DNA of 64,000 nt from Octopus bimaculoides (lineage: Eukaryota): the NCBI RefSeq assembly GCF_001194135.2, contig NC_068987.1, positions 12,502,676-12,566,675 of the forward strand, written 5' to 3'. Below are positions 1 through 12,596 of this stretch, piece by piece. A model generated the notes under the pieces. The model made no database searches. It worked only from the letters and a program-made list of their open reading frames with translations, and was not told the DNA's origin. The position numbers were made by a program, and so were the translations under genes. Each line of letters begins with the position of its first letter. Position 1 is the stretch's first letter.

Positions 1-329
1 TGCCTTCACCATAACACACTATAATACATTGTTATAATTCAACCCTTTAGTATTTAAACTGGTCATATCTGGCCGATTAGTCTACCTGCTTTATGATTAA
101 ATCATCCAGACCCAGGTTCTCACACTAACCCTCCGATGTTATTCTAAAAACATACAATGACATCACTGAAATTTCAAAGCTGTGAGACAATGCATGATTA
201 ATTCAAAACAATGTGAGTAAATAAGTATTACTTTTGACAAAGTAATTTGAATGCTAAAAGGTTAATTGCTGAAATTTAGATAAGTTCTATTACATAAGTA
301 GATTATTGCAGTTAAACTAGTATATTTAC

Positions 330-474
330 CTTCGGATGTGGCAAAGCTGCGACTGTACACAGAAGCTTGAATCCAACACCAAGCTGAATGAGTCTTTCAC
401 GAAGGTCAAAAGTAAATGAAGGAGGAATATCCTTTGGTTTTTCAACTGCTCTCTCTTGTGACACACGCACTTTC
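330..474 (-). CDS. unc-22: Twitchin exon, linker end and second post-kinase Ig N-half ([48 protein letters not shown])
   Basis: 145 nt, phase 2-0. Confidence 0.92.
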
Positions 475-3400
475 CTGTTAAAATAAAACAGAGTATTTGA
501 CTCAGAAATGTTTGTTGCATCAATATTTTTTTGAATAAAGTAACAGAAAAATAATGTTCCATATACTAAGGAAGCTATGACCATTAGCTGTACTGTAATG
601 ATATCATTTTATCGACATCTGTAATTATGTTATATATTAGAAATATAAATATAGATAATAATTATATTAGAAAAAAATATATATTAGAAAAAATATAAAT
701 ATTAGAAAAAATATAACTTTGAATCATATAATAATAAATATTAGAAAAATATAATTTTGAATCATATAATAATTTCATTTATGCATACAATGCTTAAGAT
801 GTTATCTTGAGATTTGTCTTTCATCTAACGTGTTTTACATAATCTAGTTAAATTTTTGCATTTGCTTTGTAAGATGTAAAGATGTGTAAGATGTAAAGAC
901 AGAAAACCTGTAGCAGGTCTGGATCTGAGAGGGTATGTCATTGATGAGGTTGTGAAGGGTGACGAAAGGACTTTGACAAACTTAATTGTTTGATTGACTC
1001 AGTGATTAATTGAACAATTGATCAGTTAATTGATTAGATGTTAACTAATCGATGAATAACAATAAAAGTGAAAGAGAACCAGTGCATGTGTTTATTATTG
1101 ACATAATGACCCTCCTAAGATACAGCAAAATAACTGAAATATATTTTAGATTAATAACTAGAGTTATAGATAATTCATTGAGCAGATGTCTCTATGTCAG
1201 GTTTTGTTTTAATACCAGAAAATTGCTGAAAGAATGGTTACCACAATATCTTTCTTCTGAAGTTTACTATTTTGTAAACGGTATACTGATGTTTAGGACA
1301 GAAGTCTCTACCAAATACCAAACTCAGTAAAATTTCAGACATTATAAATAACCATTTTTACATTAGAGAAGAACAGACAATAACTGTTTTTCATATCTTA
1401 TTCAACCCAGAACAATTAGTGATACTTTTATACCCTTGGTTGTGGATATATGATTTTAATGAAGTGGGGGCAAAGCAATGTGTTCACAGATGTAACTTCC
1501 AACTACCAATACATGAGACCCCAATGCCTTCTCCTCCTGTGTCTCAACAAGACATTACTCTTTGTAAGATTTCTACAAATCCACCTTTTAATCACACAAG
1601 GGTGTTAATGTCTATCGACACATCAGATACAAAATTCATAATTTGTTCCAATTAAAAACTGAATCTCAGACTTTTGATCACCATGATCATTGGCTAGTGT
1701 TTAGTATCTTTTTTTTATTATTTTATAGAAATTTATATTATAAATTATATTATATTAAATTATAAAGACATTGAAATTTAAAGTTAGGATATAAATTTGT
1801 AGCTTATTTCTCTCTTTGAAATTGATAAGACCTGTGTTTTTACTTTTATTACAATTAAAAGTACATAAACTGAAGATATGTTAATAATAAGACATTGCAG
1901 ACATTTAAAATTATTTTACTTTTTAATCAGATTTCAATATAATTGTAATTAGATTACAAAACAAGATTTATTTGCATGTGAATTTGAATTACCTTCTAGG
2001 TGTACCCTCACGGCTAGATGGTTGACGGCTGACTTCTCTCATTGCTGAAATAATAAGAATTGGAAATTTACAGTTTATCAAGTTTCACAGAGTATTCTAA
2101 ATGTTCCAATCAAAATTGGTGTAAGTTCTTTTAAATAAACTCTTAGAAGTTTTAAATTCCATATACCCAAAAACAAAAATTAGTACACAAACAGATAAAG
2201 AGTTAAAATGTCAAAATAATATANNNNNNNNNNNNNNNNNNNNNNNNNNNNNNNNNNNNNNNNNNNNNNNNNNNNNNNNNNNNNNNNNNNNNNNNNNNNN
2301 NNNNNNNNNNNNNNNNNNNNNNNNNNNNNNNNNNNNNNNNNNNNNNNNNNNNNNNNNNNNNNNNNNNNNNNNNNNNNNNNNNNNNNNNNNNNNNNNNNNN
2401 NNNNNNNNNNNNNNNNNNNNNNNNTATATATATATATATATATATATCGTAGCACTCTGTCGGTTACGACAACAAGGGTTCCAGTTGATTCGATCAACAG
2501 AACAGCCTGCTTGTAAAATTAACGTGCAAGTGGCTAAGCACTCCACAGACATGTGTACCCTTAACATAGTTCTTGGGGAGATTCAGCATGACACAGAGTG
2601 TGACAGGGCTGGCCCTTTGAAATACAGGTACAACAGAAACAGGAAGAAAGGGTGATAGAAAGTTGTGGCGAAAGAGTACAGCAGGGTTCGCCACAACCCC
2701 CTGCTGGAGCCTCGTGAACCTTTAGGTGTTTTTGCTCAATGAACACTCACAAGGCCTGGTCTGGGAATCGAAACCGCGATCCTATGACTGCGAGTCTGCT
2801 GCACTAACCATTGGGCCATTGTGCCACCACCACACACACACACATCTCTTTCTCTATCACTTTTGCCCCCTCTCGTTTTTCCTTCTGTTACTACTATATC
2901 TCTCTCTTTCCCTTCTCGTTCTTCCTTCTGTTACTACTATATTCCTCTCTTTCTCTCGTTGCTCACCTATTCTTCTACTTCCTCCCTTTGTTTCTCCCTC
3001 TACCACTCTCTCTTCCTTTCCCCTGCCTGGTCACATGCTTCCGATCACATGCTTCCTTTTCTTCCTTGGCTATCGCCGAGCAAACGCGCGAACTTACTTC
3101 GTCCCTCACAGCGTTCATATACACATAATTTTTCACGTCTGGCCGCATAGCCTTTTCCGTTTGTTTTCCTATCTTGTTTTCGTTTTCGTTTGTTTTCCTG
3201 TCTTGTTTTTTGTCCGCCACTACATTCCTCCATGGCACAGGTTTAATTTGTGTATACAAATTTAATTTGCGGTCCATGGGAAGAGCCGTCTTAACGATGC
3301 GTCCTGCCCAACTCTTCGAAACGCCGGTGTTAAAACGGGGGTAGCTGATGAAGGAAAANNNNNNNNNNNNNNNNNNNNNNNNNNNNNNNNNNNNNNNNNN

Positions 3401-3607
3401 NNNNNNNNNNNNNNNNNNNNNNNNNNNNNNNNNNNNNNNNNNNNNNNNNNNNNNNNNNNNNNNNNNNNNNNNNNNNNNNNNNNNNNNNNNNNNNNNNNNN
3501 NNNNNNNNNNNNNNNNNNNNNNNNNNNNNNNNNNNNNNNNNNNNNNNNNNNNNNNNNNNNNNNNNNNNNNNNNNNNNNNNNNNNNNNNNNNNNNNNNNNN
3601 NNNNNNN

Positions 3608-3656
<49 letters not shown>

Positions 3657-3657
3657 T

Positions 3658-3692
<35 letters not shown>

Positions 3693-6600
3693 GTGTACAA
3701 TAATTTAAAATGCCAAGCTATTTATTTTTATATACTTTTGAAACTGATCACAGATGTTTAAATATTGAAGGCAAGATTTTTGTTTTCTATTAATATATGA
3801 AACAGAATTTCATTAAAGTTGCACTTACGTTCGACTTTAAGTATAGCAACTTCTTCACGGCAACCAAAAGAGTTTTCTGCTCTTACAACATATTCACCCT
3901 TGTCGTCAACTTTCAGTCTGCTGATTTTCAGTTCATATTCGTTGTTATTGTATTTCTGCATATGTTTTACACTCTGAGTGAGTATGGAATCTTCCTTTGC
4001 CCTATTAGAAAAAAAAAAAAAATTTAGATAAATTTAAATCACAATATGGGGGCATAGTAAAAGTCTGAACCCAAGATCCCATGGTTGTGAAGTGAACATC
4101 TTAACTACATAGCCATGCCCATCGTCATCATCATCGTCGCCATCACCATCGTTGTCTTTTAATATTGGTCTTCGTTCTTGGCATGAGTTGAATGGTTCAA
4201 CAGAATCTGATGAGCCAGAGGACTGGGTTATGCTCCAATGTCTGTCTTGGCATGGTTTTCTATGACTGGATTCCCTTCTTAATGCCAACCATTTTACAGA
4301 GTGTTGTGTGTACGTTTTTTGTGCTACTGGCAATATTAAGGTTGCCAGGTAACTCAATAAAAAGCACCTTTGGCAGAATGAAGTTGTAGTTGAAAAGATA
4401 TCTTTATAACATGTGTTGAGAAGCTAATGCATGTTAGCCTCTCAAGTAAGTAAAATATACCCTGTTAATTTCAGATGAGAAATTTTAATTCCTTTAAAAC
4501 GATTACAATATATAATTAATTTCACATATATAATGTAGATTATAAATTATGATACATACCATGTAATAATAGGAGGTGAAACTGCAATAACTTTGCAGTC
4601 AAATTTAGCAATTTGACCTTCACCAGCCAAAACATTACGTGGCTTACGCACAAAGCGAGGAATAGCTTCACGGCGATCTGAATAAGATACAAATGATATT
4701 TATGATTGCGTTTTTACTATTATATTTGATTATTGGAATTTGCTTTTTGTATTCTAATCATTTTCATAGTCACTCTGATATCGTAATAAACATTGGTCTG
4801 AAACTGTTTGTAATATATTGTAATAGGCTCATTTACATTGATATGAAAGAAAATATTATTAGTGCATCCTAATGGATTTATAAACATTTTGTCTCTCTTT
4901 CATATATTCTAAAAGTATGTTAGTGAATATATCTCACACACATAAAATGTTTATCAAGCTTTGTGTAACGTAGTATCTAAATAAATACAAGGGTGTTATG
5001 TAAATATTGTATTGGTTATGCAAGAACATTAATATTTGAGCAAATAGTGTACTTTATTTTCATCTTCTGCTTTTTAATATTTCTTATTTGTCTTTTTTAT
5101 TAGAATAACTGGTCTTTATAGTTTAATCACATGATGGGAAAAAATATTTCATATTCTCAATAGTAAAGCTATTGCAGTGCACCTCAGCACTGTATGAATT
5201 AGGTTCGTTATTATTATTGTTTTTTTTTATAATATTCACTATATTATATTCATCTTGGACAACCAATATGTACAATATTAGTAAAAGAAGCTGACTGAAT
5301 GAAGTTCAATTAATATATTTCAAACTATTTCACTGAAGATTGTTCACAATACATTTCATTATTGATTTCTTGACTTATAATTTTAACTTTATAGTTGTTC
5401 AAATTTTATCTGGTAAAAATAGTTACAACTGAATTGCTTATCAAAGATTGCTGCTTTGAATTTACTAGTATTATATATTTTATTATGTGTGATTCAGTTG
5501 TACATTGATACAACTGTTTTATTGCAATGATTTTTATATAATCTAGAGATTTTTGTTAGTTTCCCGGTGTAATTTGTTAGAACTTAGATATATAATATCA
5601 CTGTGTGTTAATGTGACCACTGCGAAATTGCTGAAATCAGTAAAAAGGGTAAAAGTGCATGGAATTAAATAAGTTAGATAATTGAATTTTAATTTGATGG
5701 GACGATCCTTACCAAAGTAGGTATCGTATATCTGGTATTCCTTGGGTCTGTGTTTACGCAATGAACTGAAGTTAGCAATACGACCAATGGCGGGCATTGG
5801 TTGAGGCCAATCAGCCTAGATAAGGGGGAAAAAATATTTATTAGTTTGAGAACATTTTTATTAGGTATAAAAATAAACAGAAATGCCAATAATTTCTATT
5901 TCAGAAAAGTTTATATAACATTTTTAGGACTAATTACAGCATTTACAAAACAGTTTGAAAATATTACAAAAGAAAGTAATATTTTGAATTGTTGTCATTA
6001 AAATATTCTGATTAACAATAATATATTTATAATATTGAACATTAGAATGATATGTATATACATACAAGTGTAATTGTTGTTACTTTTACTCTCTAAATAT
6101 TTATGAATATATACCACTTTACACACACACACACACATTGTTGTCACTTTTACTTGTAAGACATCGATTACAAATATATACTGATTAAATATTTTATCAA
6201 TAACGATTCAGATTACTGCTGTATTACTGAAAAAGCAAAGCTACTGGCACAGGATGAGTGGAAAGAACATGAAAGAAATATTTTATTGTTTTGTTAATGA
6301 TTATACTTTACAACTTTCGAAGCCTAATCGTAGAAAGCACTAATTCATCTGATGAGAAAACAAAAATTTGTTTCGATAACAAAATAACCCTATTTAGAGA
6401 AAACTAATATACAAAAGCATATATGCATATGTGATACAGAAATTGGGTTATGTTTAATATGCCCATGTATCTTTTATGCTATCAAATATGGCAATAGTTT
6501 CTTACCCTATGATTTTAAGAAAGAAAACCTTAAAATGATAGGATAAATTATAAGGAAGCATGTAGTTTTATAACTTTTTCACAACACTTTAACTGGATCA

Positions 6601-7295
6601 TTGTGAGACTGAGTTCAACTTCTTCCAAGAATGATATCTTTTAAGAACAACGTGTGTGAGATTTCAGTCAGCTGCTGTTCTTATACGATGAGAAATAAAT
6701 CTTGCAACATCTAAACTTCAAGAACGCTGGTATGATCTTCAGCTAATATCACTTAATCTGCTGGCTACTTTTAGAGATAAGCATTAGTAATGGAAGATCC
6801 TATTAAAATTAGGCTTAATCAACAGCCAGTTACAAGTTTATTAAAAAAGATATATTTCACTGGATAATATTTGTTTGAAGAACAGCAATGATACTTCAGA
6901 GATTAAGATCATAATTATATGAAATCAAGATTATAAATCCAAATGTGGTTTGTGATATTTATATTTTTCTCAAAAGCTTCAGAGAAGTAAATAAAATAGT
7001 TTTGATGGGGGACATGAAATATATACATCTACTTAAAGCAAGGTTGTTTTTAATAATTCTTCAGTGGATAATAATTGAAAAATGTGCATCTATCGAAATT
7101 ATTACCAAAGTAATAATAATAATAATATTAATAATCCTTTATACTACTGGCACAAGGCCCGAAATTTTGGGTAAGGGGTAGGTTGATTACATCAATCCAA
7201 GTGTTCAACTGGTACTTATATTATCGACCCCCAAAAGTATGAAAGGCAAAGTGGACTTAGAATTTGAACTAAGCACTTTGCCTGGCATGCTAATG

Positions 7296-7344
<49 letters not shown>

Positions 7345-10300
7345 TAATAATAATAAATTTTACATTAATACTTACATATTTCTCTTTGATCTTCTGCCTG
7401 ATTTTGTTGTATCGACTTGATGGAATTCTGTGTGTAAGATTACTGTGATCACCCTATAACAAGATAATTGGGTAAAAAAAAAAAAACAAAAAAAAAAGAA
7501 AACAATTGAATAAATGCATCAAATTTTCTTTTCCATGGGCCAAAATTATAATTTTTGTTTTTATTATAGAACTATTTGAAATGGCATACTATTGTTTATT
7601 TCTTTATCTAGAAGCATGATTTAGTTCTTATTTTAGACATAAAATAATTTCTTGCTGATTATCTAATTTCAATGTACTTTCATTATTCTGCTTCAAATTA
7701 AGAGCAAAGAAATTATTTGTATCAATATCTCAATCCCATTGCTACCGTTCTTTCAGTAAGTTATGTTTGTAGTCACGATGGAACATTTCCATCTTTTGGT
7801 CATCAGTTTATTTCCTTTTCAATTAGTACATACACATATATAAGTACAAGAATTATTGATTGATTAACCCAATAAATTATTTCAATGCTGCTACACTATC
7901 CCATATATAGAAGCTCAAAATAATAGAAAAATATATTAAAAACAGTCTAAAATAAAATTACATTTCTGAAAAGGAAACAAAGCATTGTAATTATCATTTA
8001 TTATTTTAAATATATATTTTGATAAGAACAGAAACAATATATTACTTCTTAAAGGCAAATAAATATATAACTTTTTTTTTTCAAAGATAATTAATTAAAA
8101 AAAAATGATGCATCAGATGCATCCATCTTAAGATATATATATTTTCAATAACATTAACAAAAAGAATAATAAAAAATATATAATGAAATTTGTGGAAAGT
8201 ATTACAGTCTTAAGGAAAGCCAATATTTTATCATATATTTTTTTCATTATGAAACAATTTAAAATCAAATAGTCTGATTTTATTCTTTCCTTTCCTACTC
8301 TGTATAAATGTTATAAATCAACTCAGGCATAATACTACATTCAGATATATATATAGTTTTAAGATATTTTCATAAGTAGGCTAAAGTTTTCCAATGTTCT
8401 GGAACTGGTATAAAAGAAACTCTAGATAAATCACTAGTGTGTATATATATATATATATATATGCATCCAATTGGAAATAAACATATATAATATTGAGAAA
8501 CAATTATCATTATCAATAGTCAGTAATATTCTGATTCTTTTCATTGTAACTTAATATGATGTTTGTGATGATGATGATGATGACAATATTAAAAAAGCAT
8601 GATGAATTGATGGATGTCATTATGATGATGTTTATGAAAAGACACTGGTGATACGGCAGTGATGATATAATGTTCATGTTCATCATGTTAATTATAATAC
8701 CACTATTCATAATAGTGTTAGAATTTTGATCAACTAAATAACAATTTTTTTTTTCTATTGGTTTTAGAAAACTGCTACATAACTAAGTTACCACTGCGGA
8801 ATGACAAATATTAATGAGATTAGTAGTGACGAAGCGAACTATTGACAGGAAACATGCAGCAATTATTATTAAGTGTTCAATAATATGTGTTTTTTTTTTT
8901 TTTTCGTGACATCAGTGTGCAATCAACACAAATGATACATAACTGCTGAAACAAAATTATAATTTCAATTTATATTGTCTCTAACAAAATTTAACAATTA
9001 GCAAACAAGGGTAAATCTATCCTTAACTGTCTAATTATATATCATTCTTTTATAGTTGTTAATGTTAGTGCCTTATTTATTTTACAAACTAATTTTATAT
9101 CACTGTTTTGTTTTCAGTAGGGTTACTGTTTCATTTATATACAAACTAAGGCAGTGGTGAAATACCTACTTCAAAAATTAAGTATTGAATCATAAATTTG
9201 GTTATTACTTTATAGGAATCTTGTCGATTTCCAATGGCATAGAGATAGTGACTCTTATGGGTTAATAAGCATAATTTAAACCATAACAAAATACTGGTAA
9301 AATAAGTATTTTGTTTTACTAAGAAAACTGTAACTTATCCGTCTTCTTTTAGCTAAAGTTATACTTGCAGTATAATATTTAAAGTTTTAAATATCTATTT
9401 CAAAATAGATGTGTGTATATATATATATAATTATGTTCAATTTATACTCAAATTTACAATATGTAAATTCATAGATTTCCCCAATCTGAAGACACTAATT
9501 AATTATAAAATTTGAAAACTCTTACATTCAATCAAATTATTTTGTCATCTATATATACCGCAAGCTTCAGTAATCAACCAGTAAAAATATTGATCTATAC
9601 TGGGAATTATGATTAACTATCATTTAAGTATAAGGTAGAGAGTAATGTTTAAACTTGGCATTTTTATTTCAATATGTGTCATCATCATTCAACATCGAGA
9701 TGATTTAAGAGAAATAACAGTTTTAGAAAGTTTCAGAGAATCTATTAAGGACTAAAATACCCAAAGAAAAATAATAATAAAAAAAAGCTATTTGTTGGAC
9801 ATAAAAATAATTTGTCTGGACAATGATACTAATTTATAGCATTTTGCTCTTACACACGCACAATATCTCTCTCTCTCTCTCATACACACACGCACTTGCA
9901 CACATACATACAAATACATATGCATACCTCACAGACATACATACACACAAGCACATTTACATAACTTTTCAACATGTACTTGAGAAAATTGCCATCTTAA
10001 AATAACATTGTCACCACAATGAAATCATTAACAAATATAACTTTTATGAAATATTATGTTAAGAGTTTCTGGACAGATAAGCTCAGCTTTGAACATATAA
10101 CCTTAACCCAAATAGGTATTGGATACAGAACTACTTAAATCCATTAACTTCGATCTGATTTTTTTAAAGTAATTATTACTTACAAGTCCCGAAAACCTGG
10201 TGTAAATCCCTGTGGAATGTATCCCAGTGGAATGTATTCCTGTGGAATGTATCCTTGTGGAATGTTTCCAATTGGAATGTACCCATGTGGAATGTCGGTC

Positions 10301-12557
10301 GAGCCAAAGATTTTCTGTAGAATTGTAGTTGCTGTGGTTGTTAAGGATATATTCATCACTTTGATCACTGATCATCATCTTTGAAAAACACATTTTAAAG
10401 TATTTATAGAATGTATAGAGATAAGGTATTATGTAAGCACTGAATGTCTTCCAAATGTGAGTGGGGTTAAGTTTATCATTTGTGGATATTAGGTTAGGTT
10501 TTTTTTTTTTTTAAGTGATCTTAATATTATGATAAATATTTACTTTACTTGAGTATCATAACAAACTAGAATTTCCAATAACTAGATTAATATCTTCATA
10601 TGTATTTTTTTAAATTAAATGTTTATCAAGCATATATATAAACATATATATATATATATATANNNNNNNNNNNNNNNNNNNNNNNNNNNNNNNNNNNNNN
10701 NNNNNNNNNNNNNNNNNNNNNNNNNNNNNNNNNNNNNNNNNNNNNNNNNNNNNNNNNNNNNNNNNNNNNNNNNNNNNNNNNNNNNNNNNNNNNNNNNNNN
10801 NNNNNNNNNNNNNNNNNNNNNNNNNNNNNNNNNNNNNNNNNNNNNNNNNNNNNNNNNNNNNNNNNNNNNNNNNNNNNNNNNNNNNNNNNNNNNNNNNNNN
10901 NNNNNNNNNNNNNNNNNNNNNNNNNNNNNNNNNNNNNNNNNNNNNNNNNNNNNNNNNNNNNNNNNNNNNNNNNNNNNNNNNNNNNNNNNNNNNNNNNNNN
11001 NNNNNNNNNNNNNNNNNNNNNNNNNNNNNNNNNNNNNNNNNNNNNNNNNNNNNNNNNNNNNNNNNNNNNNNNNNNNNNNNNNNNNNNNNNNNNNNNNNNN
11101 NNNNNNNNNNNNNNNTATATATATATGTATATATATGTATATATATATATGTATATATATATATACACAGATATCTATATATATAAAACAACAGACATAT
11201 ATAAATATATATCAATTGAAACATTTATTTTTTAAGTCCTATCTTATGGCATTTCTATATCTCTGAAGTTTAACATCAAAGAATAGAAATATTTCTAACA
11301 AGAACGATGCAAGAACTTTTAAAATATTAATTAGAAGCTATGTTTTTTCATACTCTTTCCTTTCTCTGTCTATGTACTATTCCCTTTTCTATTAATATTA
11401 CATAGGGATTAATAATGTTTAATACATCCCTAAATTATACTTGAAGCTGTATAAATACAAACCAAAATGCATAGCACCACAGCCGTCATCGAATAAGATA
11501 CATTGAATAAGATGTAAAGTTATAATCCGAAAATTTGGATAACAAATATGATTTGAATATTTTCTTCCAATTTTTTTCTTATATTGTTTTTCTCTATAAA
11601 GAACAGCATTTTAAATTTATGATACATTAAGATATAAATAAGCTTTGGATATAAATTTTAATCTCTTAGCTAAAGTACTATATTGTTTGTAACAACATTT
11701 ATGAATTTCACTGGTAGATTCATCAGTGTTTTAGAGAATTTAAGAAATGCTAATAAGATTATGTATTACAATAAACATTTCAGTTACTAATATTTTAAAT
11801 GAAGATCTTCATAAAGCTACGAATCATCAAAAGTAATCACACTTTTAGATTATGTTAATGAGCAGTTAGAGAAGCTTAAATTCAGTAACAATATGAAGAC
11901 CTTCTTTTAAAATATTCCTTGGATTACTAAATTTGTAAGCGATTTAATCATAAATAAATGCATAAATGTATTTTTTTAAATATAATAGCTAAAGTTGTTT
12001 CTCATTAAAATAAATATAATTTGAATTCATAAACTAAAAATATTTTAATAATTTTCATGCATAATTTGATANNNNNNNNNNATATATATATATATACACA
12101 TATATTGTATAAAAGATCGTGGGTAAGGCCAAAACAATGCGAAGCAAATGCAAGAAAACAAATATGGGAATTAATGTAGACTTATTTTGTATTCAATATT
12201 TCAGGGTTATGACCCCATCTTCAAGAAATTGATGAATTTTGCTGATGTGCATGTGTGGAGTGGACATGAGCAGAAGGGTGTTGCTATAGCAACCAGCTAG
12301 TTTCCTGTAACACCCGTATAGCAACACCCTTCTGTGCATGTCCACTCCACACATGCTCACACACATGCACATCGGCAACATTCGTCAATTTCTTGAAAAT
12401 GGAGTCATAACCCCCGAAATATTAAATACAAGGTAAGTCTACATTAATTCACATATTTGTTTACTTGGAATATACCTTGCATTTACTTTGCATTGTTTTG
12501 GCCTTACCCACAATCTTTTATACAATATATTCTACACAATGTTTCATAGTAATTATT

Positions 12558-12596
<39 letters not shown>

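Noticed and set aside
900-980. GC-richer patch that could be an alternative linker or terminal exon (..RHPS..)
   Set aside because: Acceptor lacks a pyrimidine tract; no clear donor.
8513-8710. His/Ile-rich ORFs
   Set aside because: Degenerate (GAT/CAT)n low complexity without convincing splice sites.
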